Assembly (NCBI GenBank): GCA_028534125.1
Contig: CM052832.1
Coordinates: forward strand, 4,092,001 to 4,156,000
Source of the DNA: Lama glama
Taxonomy: Eukaryota
Length of the DNA: 64,000 nt
Direction of reading: 5' to 3'
Position 1 is the stretch's first letter. Each line of letters starts with the position of its first letter. The translations under genes were made by a program, and so were the position numbers. Shown in pieces: positions 1-10,480 of the stretch. Below the pieces are notes generated by a model. That model was not told where the DNA came from. It did no database searches and saw only the letters and a program-made list of their open reading frames with translations.

Positions 1-34
1 GCCTTCTCTCTGATGGCTATATCGTAAAACTCAC

Positions 35-137
35 AGGAGACAGAGGGAAACCGATCTCTGAGGGCACCCAGTCATGGGCTTCAGTGTCTGTGTGGCCCGC
101 ACCTTACGCTGCAGGAAGGGCAGCTTCCCCAGGGCTT
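35..137 (-). other. Candidate spliced exon (103 nt), probably 5'UTR/lncRNA
   Basis: On the minus strand the acceptor is CTCCTTTTCCACAG| and the donor is CCT|GTGAGT. Only one frame is open (ALGKLPFLQRKVRATQTLKPMTGCPQRSVSLCL) and I do not recognise the peptide. Confidence 0.3.
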
Positions 138-270
138 CTGTGGAAAAGGAGGCCAGCAGGATAAGAGCAGAGGAGTTTGATGCATCCGCCTGCTCTAACA
201 AGACTTTCTTGTTCTTCCTTTTAACCCCCCCCCATAGAAACAATGGAGTTAAAAAAGGATTTGAAAATAA

Positions 271-283
271 GTTGCTTAGCAAC
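271..283. promoter_or_regulatory. RFX X-box-like inverted repeat
   Basis: GTTGCTTAGCAAC has GTTGC and GCAAC arms and resembles the RFX consensus GTTGCCATGGCAAC. Confidence 0.35.
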
Positions 284-1728
284 CGTTTCTTTGGGGCTAA
301 TAGATGAAATCTGTGCATTTGTTTCCAAAGTTTTCCCACTCTGAACCCAAGCACACCCAAAAGCCCACAGGTCCATTCTGAAAGCTGCCCAGCCCATGAA
401 GCCTTCTCTCCCTTCCCTGACACCTCTTATGTTTGCATATTCCCACCTCAGTCTCACACCAAAATGAATCAGTGGGCACATTTTAATTGCATCCATTTGA
501 ACCATTGCTGTAGGATGTGCAAAATCAAAAGTAAGAATTTTGTTTTTCTTTTTTCCCCTTAAATTTTATTCCTTACCTTGACTAATTTTTCCCCGGCACA
601 TTTTTGGAAAGCTTGGTGTTATGTTTTGTGCTAAATGATATTTCATTTACTCAGATTTGCCACAGAATATGTTGGGTTTTTCTTGATCTTATCAAGCTTT
701 TTATTAAAATAAAGAACACATGTTGCCCCTTTGATGGAGACAAAAGACATGATGTAGTTGAGAGAAGTAAAAAGCCTATGAATCTGTCAAAATAGTAAAT
801 GCTGAATGCGAATGTTCACAGTGTCTCATACTTGGTCCTTTCAAGTGCAGTTAGAAAAAGAAAGTTAGAAATAGCCTCTATTCAGGAAGCATCCTGTGAA
901 GACACAGAAATTAAATTTTGGTCAGGCTATTGATTTTTCTACTTTAGGGAAAAACCTTGATTTCATGAAAGCAGGGATTTTCCCAGGAATTCATGAATAT
1001 TTTTTAAGTGATGAGAAAACTCAAATCTGCAAACAGAGCTGATAATCTGGAACCAATATACATACTCAAGTCACGTAAGTCCTATCAAAACATGGTGCAA
1101 AGCTACCATAAAAGTTTTTTTTTAGCCTTTGGTCGGGGCAGGGAGGTGGCTAGCTCAATTTCCGCTTAGGACTATTTTGTTCTGCTTCTCTGCATTAACA
1201 CAGGCTATTGGATCATACATCTCAAAGTTCCCAAGGACTGCCTGATACCTCCTCCTACCATTGATTGGTTTCTTGGAAGAGCCTTTAATTTCACAGAATA
1301 ATTTTTCAAGACACCCACCACCTTTTTTTTTTTTTTTCGTTTAACAAACACACAGAAGAACATCTTGTGAAAATAGTCATGTGCTTTCCCATGGTTTCTA
1401 GCCAACTGTAAATAACTTTTGATTTGTGGAAAAAAGGATAGAGAGGTCATTCTTTTGGAACCTCCTCATAAACTGTATATGAGGTTGTACATTGCTAATA
1501 GCAGTGTCATGAAAACTATTATATAAAATATGTTCAGAGATGTTTTGATCATCTGTTGTCTCTTGGAATAAATGAGCACTAAGGAACTTATAAATCAAAT
1601 ATGCCTATGCATTCGTTGGCCAAATGGATAGCTCAAAATATATATATATTTCAACTATTTTTACATCCACTTATATGGCTTTTCAGAATATACTTGCATC
1701 TTCAAGGTAATTATTCTGATGGTCATGT

Positions 1729-1865
1729 TTGTATTGTTTGTTTGCTGAGGGGGAGGTAATTAGGTTTCTTCATTGATTTCCCCTTGGAGGGGGTACCAGG
1801 GAGTGAACCCGCGACCTCGTGGCTGCTGAGCATGCGCTCTGCCACTTGAGCAATATCCTTCCCCC
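1729..1865 (-). mobile_element. Camelid tRNA-derived SINE (Vic-1-like) with target-site duplication
   Basis: The reverse complement reads GGGGGAAGGATATTGCTCAAGTGGCAGAGCGCATGCTCAGC...GGTCGCGGGTTCACTCCC...AAACCTAATTACCTCCCCC. It is flanked by tctgatggtcatgt (1715-1728) and tctgatggtcttgt (1866-1879). Confidence 0.9.
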
Positions 1866-2695
1866 TCTGATGGTCTTGTATGTTGACTATGTATGTGTCT
1901 CCAAAAAAAAGTAAAATTTTCTGAAAAACCCTTATGAGTCCTTTCTTGTCCTTTGCATGTGTTGATTAATTAAGGATTATTATCTCCTTTTGGAGATTTA
2001 TAATATGTGGGCCTCCTTTTCCAAGCTACACCATTATATTGCTTGGTTTACACAATTTGCCAATGTGCCTAGTGTGGTGACTTGAGCAGAATGCATGCTA
2101 CATAAGGGTTGCTTCGCTGTGTCTCATTTCCTCCTCTGATCTGTTTACTCTTAAAATCTGCTGGGGAGCTGGGGCGCTGAAAGGGCCCTCTTCATCTCTG
2201 TTCCTGGGCTCTCTTTTCCACGTTCAGAAGCTCTGGGTCGATGACTCTTTGATGTCCACAGCAAAAAGGTGTGTTACCTTCCCAGTTACGCTCTTCATCT
2301 TGCACCTAATGTCACAGAGATGGCAGGCATCCTTTTTTCTAAAACAGCAGTCAAGGTTTGAAATGGTTTCCTGCTGGGTGAGTGGAGGAGTAGATAAGGA
2401 GTTTTTTTTTCTTTTGTAACTACTAAAGAATACAAAAAGAAAAAAAATCCTAAAGTTCTGCTTGTTTTGCGTTTTCCTCAATTTCTAAGATCACTGACAA
2501 CTTCAGTGCGTAGGACTGCCCTCCCACCTTGGCCACATGAAGCAGGAATCCCTGAGCAGTGAAGAAAATACCATGAATAGTAAATCAGAGATGATGTCTG
2601 GTTTATGAGACTTTTGCCTAAAGACACAATTTTATTCCCCCAAGCCTCTTGGCTAAAGCATTTATTATGAACCCTAACGCCTCTTGCAGACTTAC

Positions 2696-2905
2696 TTGAT
2701 ACTCATGGCCACCTGCACAGAACTGATGGGTCTGTCCGGCAAGTGCAGAGTGGAGCGGCGTGGATTCCAGAGAGGGAGGCGGGCAGCTGGATGGCGAGCT
2801 CGCCATCTCTCTGTGAGCCACTCCTGGCATCCGGTGCTCAGCACCAGCTCCCCGGGACCACCAGCTGGAAGGGTCACACTTTGGGAGGGAGTCGTCCTCT
2901 GTGTT
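2696..2905 (-). other. Candidate spliced exon (210 nt)
   Basis: Acceptor TTGCTTTTGTAG|, donor CAA|GTAAGT. The segment is GC/CpG-richer than its flanks. The phase-0 frame is open for 70 codons (NTEDDSLPKC...GGHEYQ) with no recognisable homology. Confidence 0.3.
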
Positions 2906-3371
2906 CTACAAAAGCAACTTCATGACTGGTTTTGAAATAACTAGAGAACATTTGGTCTCTTCAGATCAGGCCCGTGTTTATTTAATTCAGATTGCTGAAG
3001 TTCTCTGGCTTGGTTTCACTTGAAAGTCAACATTTGGTCCCTCCCCTGTCCCGGTACGTTTAGGTTCAGATGGTACTCTTCCTTATTTCTTTAAGAGCCC
3101 TTGCCAAGTCACTGGGCATGTGTCTTTTGTTCATCTTCTGAGTCCTCAATAAGTAACATGCCTCGANNNNNNNNNNNNNNNNNNNNNNNNNNNNNNNNNN
3201 NNNNNNNNNNNNNNNNNNNNNNNNNNNNNNNNNNNNNNNNNNNNNNNNNNNNNNNNNNNNNNNNNNNNNNNNNNNNNNNNNNNNNNNNNNNNNNNNNNNN
3301 NNNNNNNNNNNNNNNNNNNNNNAGATGTGAACTAAATTATTTTCATTCACAAAGATATCTTATATCGATGC

Positions 3372-3441
3372 CTTCCCAATGATTGGAAAGATTTTTTTAC
3401 ATCTTTCCAATGGTTGGAAGATGTTTTAAAAATGTTTTCCA
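3372..3441. repeat. Imperfect tandem of a ~31-bp unit with inverted-repeat symmetry (hairpin-forming)
   Basis: attggaaagat (3382-3392) and atctttccaat (3401-3411) are perfect inverted repeats around an 8-nt loop. A second imperfect stem spans 3415-3441. Confidence 0.7.
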
Positions 3442-5891
3442 TCCTTCTTCATTCCCAGCCCCCATCAAGGATATGGTTGACTAACCCTGAAGTCTGTTAG
3501 TCAGGTCCTCCCACCTCTGTCTGACTGGTCACGTCCTCGTGCTGTGGAATTCTGTACACAGAAATTTCCATATCTTAATCCCAGTTTTGGCCCACTGACT
3601 TTAAGCAAAATCGTAAACAAGCAAATTCTGAACGGACAGAGGAAGATGGATAGCTCCTTGAGAGTGTCTAATAAATTTTGACCTGGATAGAAACAAACTG
3701 TGTTCTCTTTTGGAATATGCTAATATAATTACCCAACTCTCAGGAGAAAAAAAAATTTTATTGCATTCATTTAAATGCACCCATCAAAAAACCAAGTCTG
3801 GAACCCAAACTACAAGCCTCTCTCCTAGTCACCACTTCTCACCACACTTCTTAGGGTTTCCTTGGTTCATTTGGTAACTGCCACACACTGCCATTTTATT
3901 GTTGATTTGTTTTTTCTCTCTTTTGAATATATCCTCTATTAAATCCAAGACCTTGAGGGTGCCAAGAGTGATCACTCTTCTATCAGCTCTTCAGTTCCCA
4001 GGGCGGGTCTGATTCCTCCCAGTCCCCGCAGCACAGGCATCGCCGGGTGCACGTGGCTCTGCTGCTGATACCCACGGTTGACTTGATGGCTCAATGCTAT
4101 GGCCGAAGATGTGTGATCAGTGAGGGAAGGAACTGCCTGCTGCGGTGTTACCAATGCTCCCTTAGGGACTCTATCCTGTAGGTGACCCATCCAGGAGGGG
4201 AAACCAGTCCCGGCTTCAGGGAGAGCCATCCTCCTCGTTCCTCCAGCCTGGTCTCCTTGAGTTGAGATATCATGAACCACCCAGGACTCTGCACCCAGAA
4301 GGCACTCTGAAATTTTCTGAAGATACTGAAGAAAGGGTGAGATATTTGCTTGGACTACGTTTGAGTGCCAGAGAGAGAAACTCAAAGTTGGAGGCTAAAG
4401 GATGCTTAGAGTTTGAACAGTTGGTTTAGTTTCTTCAATGTGCCAAAGAGTCAAAGACCTTTCCCTGTACTGGAAGGGACATGTTGAGCCTCAGAGTCTC
4501 AGGGTTCTGCCCTTTCTCTGCTCCCTCTCACACTTTTTCTTTCTTCAGTGGTGTTCCCCTCAGGTTCCCTGCATCCAAATGTTTTCTCTCTCCCTCTTGC
4601 CTTTTTCTTTTCTCCTTCCAATTCCAAAGTCGTTTATTTAAGTATTGGATATTAATTCATACTAAAGGATAAATGACTGATAACAGCTGTGTGGAGAAGG
4701 CCAATTGCATGCATGATACTTAAGAATATGAAAAAAAAGATTGAAACTGTTTCTGTGAATTCCAGGAATTAACACAGGGGAATATAGTTGGGGGGGAGTG
4801 GCTTAACCAAGACCCCTCACATTGTGCAAGGTAGGTGATACCCTGTGTATGTAGTCTCTGCATAAAAAAATTGTTACCACGGTACTTTCCTTTCAAGAGA
4901 CCTGCCCCCTACACCCAGTGTAAACCTTGAAGGGGATGACAAATACGGAAAAATATATGATTAACTGTCTGAGAATCAGAGGCTGTCTAAGGGAATGGTG
5001 CAATCTAAAGAACCATTTGATATTCTGATAATCCCACATTCCATGTCAGACCAGAGGTGTCCTTCAAATTCCTTGATGTTAATACAGAATTCAGACTGAG
5101 TGATTCACAAACCACATAATTTCATATGTCTTGCCTATGACAAGTGCTCATTCATCCACTGTATCAAGAAATGAATGCTTTTTACTAGCTAGGCACTCTA
5201 GTCGGTCACAGAGCAAAAGTGTTTCTCAACCGTGGCGTACTACTCTGCAGTGTTTATTCCTATATTCCACAGATATCTATTGAGTAGGCATTTGATGACA
5301 AATACAACCAATACTGTGTTCTAACCACAGTAAATAAAGTAGTCAACATGGTACAGTCCCTGCATGCATGTAGCGGGGTTTTTTTCTTTTGTAACAAAGA
5401 ATTTCCAAACATATTTTGGCACAAAGAATTTTCAAGAAATCTCTTACTAAGAAGGAACTCTCACTTATTTGCATTCCAATGTACTTTTCTAAGGGGAGGA
5501 GGTTTGAACCATTTCCCTGTGTGATTCCGTGAGAGTATGTCACACGGGAAGTACCAGAATTAGTGTTTCGCACATGAAACATTTTGGATAGTTCTTTTTA
5601 AAAAAAAAATGAAACTGAGTGTGTTTTAGAATTAACAACCTTCAAACTCATTCAGTGTATTAATGCCAAATTCAGAAAACAGTCTTTTGGAATGTTGGCA
5701 ACTTCCAACAAAACAAGACTTAAAACAATGATTCTCAGTATGTGTCTGGATTCTTAACATGCCATCATCGTTGGCTTCCATTTTGTTTTCAGATGCAGCT
5801 TAAAGTCTGTGTGTGTTTGCTCCCATCCAATGACCTTATATATGTACCACTGTAGAGAAAGCCTTCTCATGATCATTGTTCTTATACTCAC

Positions 5892-5999
5892 CCTCAAGGA
5901 CTTTATACTGCTGCTGTAAGGAATGCTGAATGACTGAATGAATGGTCCAGAAGCTGAACTGAGATCGGTCTGAATCCCCCATGCTAGGTTTTTTTTGAC
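5892..5999 (-). other. Candidate spliced exon (108 nt)
   Basis: Acceptor CTCCCTCATCTCCACCCAG|, donor AGG|GTGAGT. The internal CATTCATTCAGTCATTCAG could be an L2 tail remnant. Confidence 0.25.
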
Positions 6000-7273
6000 C
6001 TGGGTGGAGATGAGGGAGATTGATGGCTGTGGTATTGAAATTTCTTCTTTTATCTCCCAATCCTTGCTACCTTCTCTCCACACCTTGGGTTCCATCGCTC
6101 ATGGATGGAATCTGACTCCTCTTTGATAAAGATGGATCACCAAATGCTTGACATCTGGTAACCTTCCTAGCAGATCCAGGCATCTGGAATTACAGTATTT
6201 GAAAAAAAAATAGAACTAATAACCTTGTCAACCTTTGCTAGACCTTATTATCCTAAATACTAAGACCTTCCTTTCTAAAACCAATGTCTCTTATCGCCCC
6301 AACTCGATCTGAAGGAGGACCTGCTGGGGGCTAAGTGACAGGACTAGACGGTGATGAAGTCTCCCCAGGTGCCTTTTCCCTTCCATCCCACTTCATCCCT
6401 CCTTCCGCCTGGGCCCTCACTCCGCTTCTGCTGTCCTGTTTCTATCACCCCAGTGATGCCTGTCTCCAGCATGTGTCAAAACAATCATTTGATTCCATCA
6501 GGAGACATTTCAAAAACATATTAGCTAAATACATATGGTATACGTGAATAAAATAGCCAACGGACATAATTCTTAAAATTGCAGCCAGTGGTGTAGGTTT
6601 TCCTATTAGCATAGCGGTGAAAAGCTATCTGTTGAAGATTGCATTCCCAGGAGTAGTGGGACAGAGAGCCTTATCCCCAAAGAATCCGTTTTTCAATTTC
6701 AGATCTCCCAAAATTGTGAATGACGTACTTAGGGACAATTCCCCGTGAGTCTACGTTATGGAAAGAAAAGAAGAGTCTATGTTGTGGGCAGCCCAAGACT
6801 TCCTACTTGGAAAAAGGCTCAACACGTGGTTAATTACGACCACATTTTACTAACAACAAAAGTGTCCATCCACCGACCGAGGGCATTTTTTTATCAGCAT
6901 CTTTCTATCGAGAAGCTCACTGCTCAGTGAGTATGTGCTATAACTTTGAAGACCTCTGTAACTACCAGGCGGTGACTGGGGGAGGGGGGAGGGGGCGGAG
7001 TGAGAGCCAAAACAATGCCAGAATTTTGTCATAACCTCTGTGGGCAATTTTGTGAATCCCAGATAAAGCCAAGTTTCTCAATATTTCCAGGAATTAAATA
7101 GAAGTGTCAGTAAAAAAGGGTGGGAACTTAGTATACAAAGTGGCAGCAACAAAGGGGATTTAACGCATTTTAAAAGGTAGAAAGACCATACACTGTCTGA
7201 AATCATTAGGTTTAAAGGTGGTGAACTGGGGATCTCTGAACGTATAAAGACATTGGTCTCCCTTTTCCAAGAA

Positions 7274-7283
7274 ACTTACCCTG
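7274..7283 (-). other. Strong 5' splice-site match
   Basis: Minus strand CAGG|GTAAGT, just downstream (minus orientation) of the CpG-rich, gap-containing region. Confidence 0.3.
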
Positions 7284-7439
7284 GTTTAACCACTCCCTAT
7301 AATTTTTAGCTTGTTCTATTCCCGACTTTAACGTGTGGGACCCCATACAATTCCACCCTTGCTTGTAAATTGCACGTCGGTTGTTGGCTGTGCTTATGTC
7401 TCACTTCCTTTATCACATTACGAACTGAGCAGCAGCAAT

Positions 7440-8960
7440 GCGTCCTCCTCACCCCACGCCTCTCCTCGCACCGNNNNNNNNNNNNNNNNNNNNNNNNNNN
7501 NNNNNNNNNNNNNNNNNNNNNNNNNNNNNNNNNNNNNNNNNNNNNNNNNNNNNNNNNNNNNNNNNNNNNNNNNNNNNNNNNNNNNNNNNNNNNNNNNNNN
7601 NNNNNNNNNNNNNNNNNNNNNNNNNNNNNNNNNNNNNNNNNNNNNATGGGGTCTTTCTCCGAGAAGGCATGGTCGTCGGTACCTCTGGAAGACAATGTTC
7701 ATCTCACACCAGTGAGCAGATTAGACCCAGAGCAAAGTTGACCCAAAAGATCAGATTCAGTGTCGACACAAACAAATCTTTATGGACGAGAAGCTGGGGC
7801 GAGGCTGTCTCCCCAAACAAGACTTTCCCTTTCCATTGCCACTTTTCTCTGCGCCAACAGCCGAACCCCAGACATTCCAATCACCATCAACACTGTTTAC
7901 TTGGGCTGAGGCGAAACTCAATAAGATCGATTCCAAGTTGCAGGGCCAGATACACGGAGGGGGAGAGCTGTGATACGAATGCAGAGGAGGAGAGAGAGAG
8001 AAGAAAGGAAAAGAAAAAAGGATCTATGCTAACACAGACAATAGTCAGGTCGCTAACCACGGCATGAGATTGTGGGAAATAATCTACCTCGCAACAGATC
8101 CGTTGCGTTTGCGGCTCTGAGTTAATCGGATACAGTTCCCCAGCCTTTCAGAGCCTTTCTCCTCTTGCCGAAGGTCAAGAATGTTCACTCGAAGAAAGTT
8201 ATTTCAAGCAACTACCTGTGTCTCATATCCCAACCCTTGAGATGTACAAATATAAGTATGTGACCCATCGTAATATTTTCATATCGGNNNNNNNNNNNNN
8301 NNNNNNNNNNNNNNNNNNNNNNNNNNNNNNNNNNNNNNNNNNNNNNNNNNNNNNNNNNNNNNNNNNNNNNNNNNNNNNNNNNNNNNNNNNNNNNNNNNNN
8401 NNNNNNNNNNNNNNNNNNNNNNNNNNNNNNNNNNNNNNNNNNNNNNNNNNNNNNNNNNNNNNNNNNNNNNNNNNNNNNNNNNNNNNNNNNNNNNNNNNNN
8501 NNNNNNNNNNNNNNNNNNNNNNNNNNNNNNNNNNNNNNNNNNNNNNNNNNNNNNNNNNNNNNNNNNNNNNNNNNNNNNNNNNNNNNNNCCTGGTGCTGGG
8601 CAGTGGAGGGCAGGACGCAGCCCGCGGCTGCTAGGAGACACGATGGGGAAGGAGGCGGGTTCAAATAGAACGTCGCATCTCTTCTTTGCCAGAGGGCCTG
8701 AAGTTTAAAGCCAGATGATGTGTGAGTGGGGTGGGATAATCCCGCGGCTGGCCGTGCGAGCACTTAGGAGGAACTTCCCAGTGGAAGGGCTTTGCTCTGC
8801 CTTCAAGGCCTGGCCGGTTTGATAACCCCACAGGAGCCCAGCGTGCCCCTCACCTGAGGCGGTTCTGTGCCATCGCCTCGGCTTCAATCTGCTTCCATCG
8901 ACCAGACGGAAGCCTCAGCCCCATAATGGATTCCAATCTCTGGCTAGCTCGCTTTTCCCC
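7440..8960. promoter_or_regulatory. CpG-enriched region / probable CpG-island promoter, partly hidden by gaps
   Basis: CpG density is raised on both sides of gaps 7474-7645 and 8288-8588 (for example cccgcggctg, cccgcggctggccgtgcg, ggcgggtt). No repeats are evident. Confidence 0.5.
7968..8050 (-). other. Long polypyrimidine tract and 3' splice site
   Basis: Minus strand CCTGAC (branch-point-like), then CCTTTTTTCTTTTCCTTTCTTCTCTCTCTCTCCTCCTCTGCATTCGTATCACAG|. A possible weak partner donor CAG|GTAGTT lies at the 8216/8215 junction. Confidence 0.35.
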
Positions 8961-9344
8961 ACCCCAGCTTCCCAGGGTCTGGAGAAGTGTTTCATTATCA
9001 TTTGCTTTCAAGATGCATCCCCGTTTTAGGATTTCCTCCATCAGGGAAAATGCCTCTGTGGCTCGATGGCCGTGGGTGGGTCATGTGTTTCTCAGAGTGC
9101 TTGGCAGGTAGCACAGGCGAGTTCCTAGGTGGGGGGTGAGGAATAGTAAGCTTTTGGACGTCTCTTGTTGATTCGTACGGTCAATCTGTGAGTGGCATCT
9201 GAAGGAAGCAAGCCAGTTTCCTCTGAAGCTGGAAGAAAAAAGGCTTCCAGGGTCCACAGCTGCCCAAAGCAGAAAAAAGGAAGCTAGACGTAGTGAAAGA
9301 AGACGTACAGTAGTGACGTTGGACAATGAGTAAAACCTTCATCA

Positions 9345-9555
9345 TATACACACTTCTATACATAAAATAGATAAACAACAATGACCTACTATATAGCACA
9401 GGGAACTATGTTCAATACCTTGTAATAATGTATAATAGAAAAGAATCTGAAAAGAAAATATACATGTGTATGTATGTGTATAAGTAAATTGCTCTGCTGT
9501 ACACCTGAAACTAACATTGTAAATCAACTACACTTTAATAAAAATTTTTTAAAAA
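9345..9555 (+). mobile_element. L1 3'UTR end fragment (cetartiodactyl-type)
   Basis: Contains ataaacaacaatgacctactatatagcacagggaactatgttcaatac...ctgtacacctgaaactaacattgtaaatcaactacactttaataaa, matching the other L1 ends in the window. Confidence 0.85.
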
Positions 9556-10419
9556 ATGTTTATCATGACAGTGAGGCGAGAAGGCAGGAACCTAGGATCT
9601 GGTGGGTCTTCCTGGCAGCAACCTTGTCTCTCAGAGGGAGTGGCTGCATGTCATTGGTATGAGAGAAAATATTGTTTCTAATAACAAGTCCATTCTAATC
9701 AAAATAAACAAGAATCCTAGTGGCATTAATCTATGAAGGACAAGGTGACAGTTATTTTCTGGTGCAATGATTTTGACATAAAACAAGGTGAAACCTCACT
9801 TTTGATTAATACGCAATATAGGTCTGGGTTGAATTCTTCAAAGGAATGAAAAGCACGTTAAGGGGTTTACTTCACATTGGATTATGATAAGTATGTGTAG
9901 AAATGGAAGAGTTGTGTGGGAAGTTGATTCCAGAATTGATTTTTAATGACACTTCACTTTTATTTTTTCAAATGTAAACAGTATCAACTTCTCATCTACC
10001 TAAAATGATTACTGCCATTAAAAACACAACAGTATATTAACGGGTTATTTTTTTGAGGACAAACTGGAATAATATTATCACATTAGATTAAATTACTGTG
10101 ACTTGCATGAATCTGGGATGGTGCTGTACTTTGAAGATGAAGTGATAAACAGAAATAGCATAGTTCAACCCTCACAGAGCTTAAAGTTAACTCAGGTGCC
10201 CTGGTAATGCCAACATTTATCCTCCTCCATGAAAGTTTTTTTCCCCTGCCCCCTGCTTGAACCATATAGGAAATGAAAATTAATTCAGGGTTTGATAGTA
10301 TACATGCCAGAGACCACTACCAGCATCTTCCTAAAGAATGCCGGAGATATCCAAGATCAAAGATGTGGAAAACAACTTGTTTCCTCTGTTACTTCTACCT
10401 TTGATGAGCATAGAAATAT

Positions 10420-10480
10420 AGAAGTGTAGTTGACTGACAATGTTGTGTTAGTTTCAGCTGCACAGCATTGTGATTCATAG
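10420..10480 (-). mobile_element. Very short L1 3' terminal fragment
   Basis: gaagtgtagttgactgacaatgttgtgttagtttcagctgcacagc is the reverse complement of the same L1 3' terminus. Confidence 0.6.

Noticed and set aside
3972-4385. 137-aa minus-strand ORF with a possible acceptor near 4317
   Set aside because: No recognisable homology and no convincing downstream donor before the stop.
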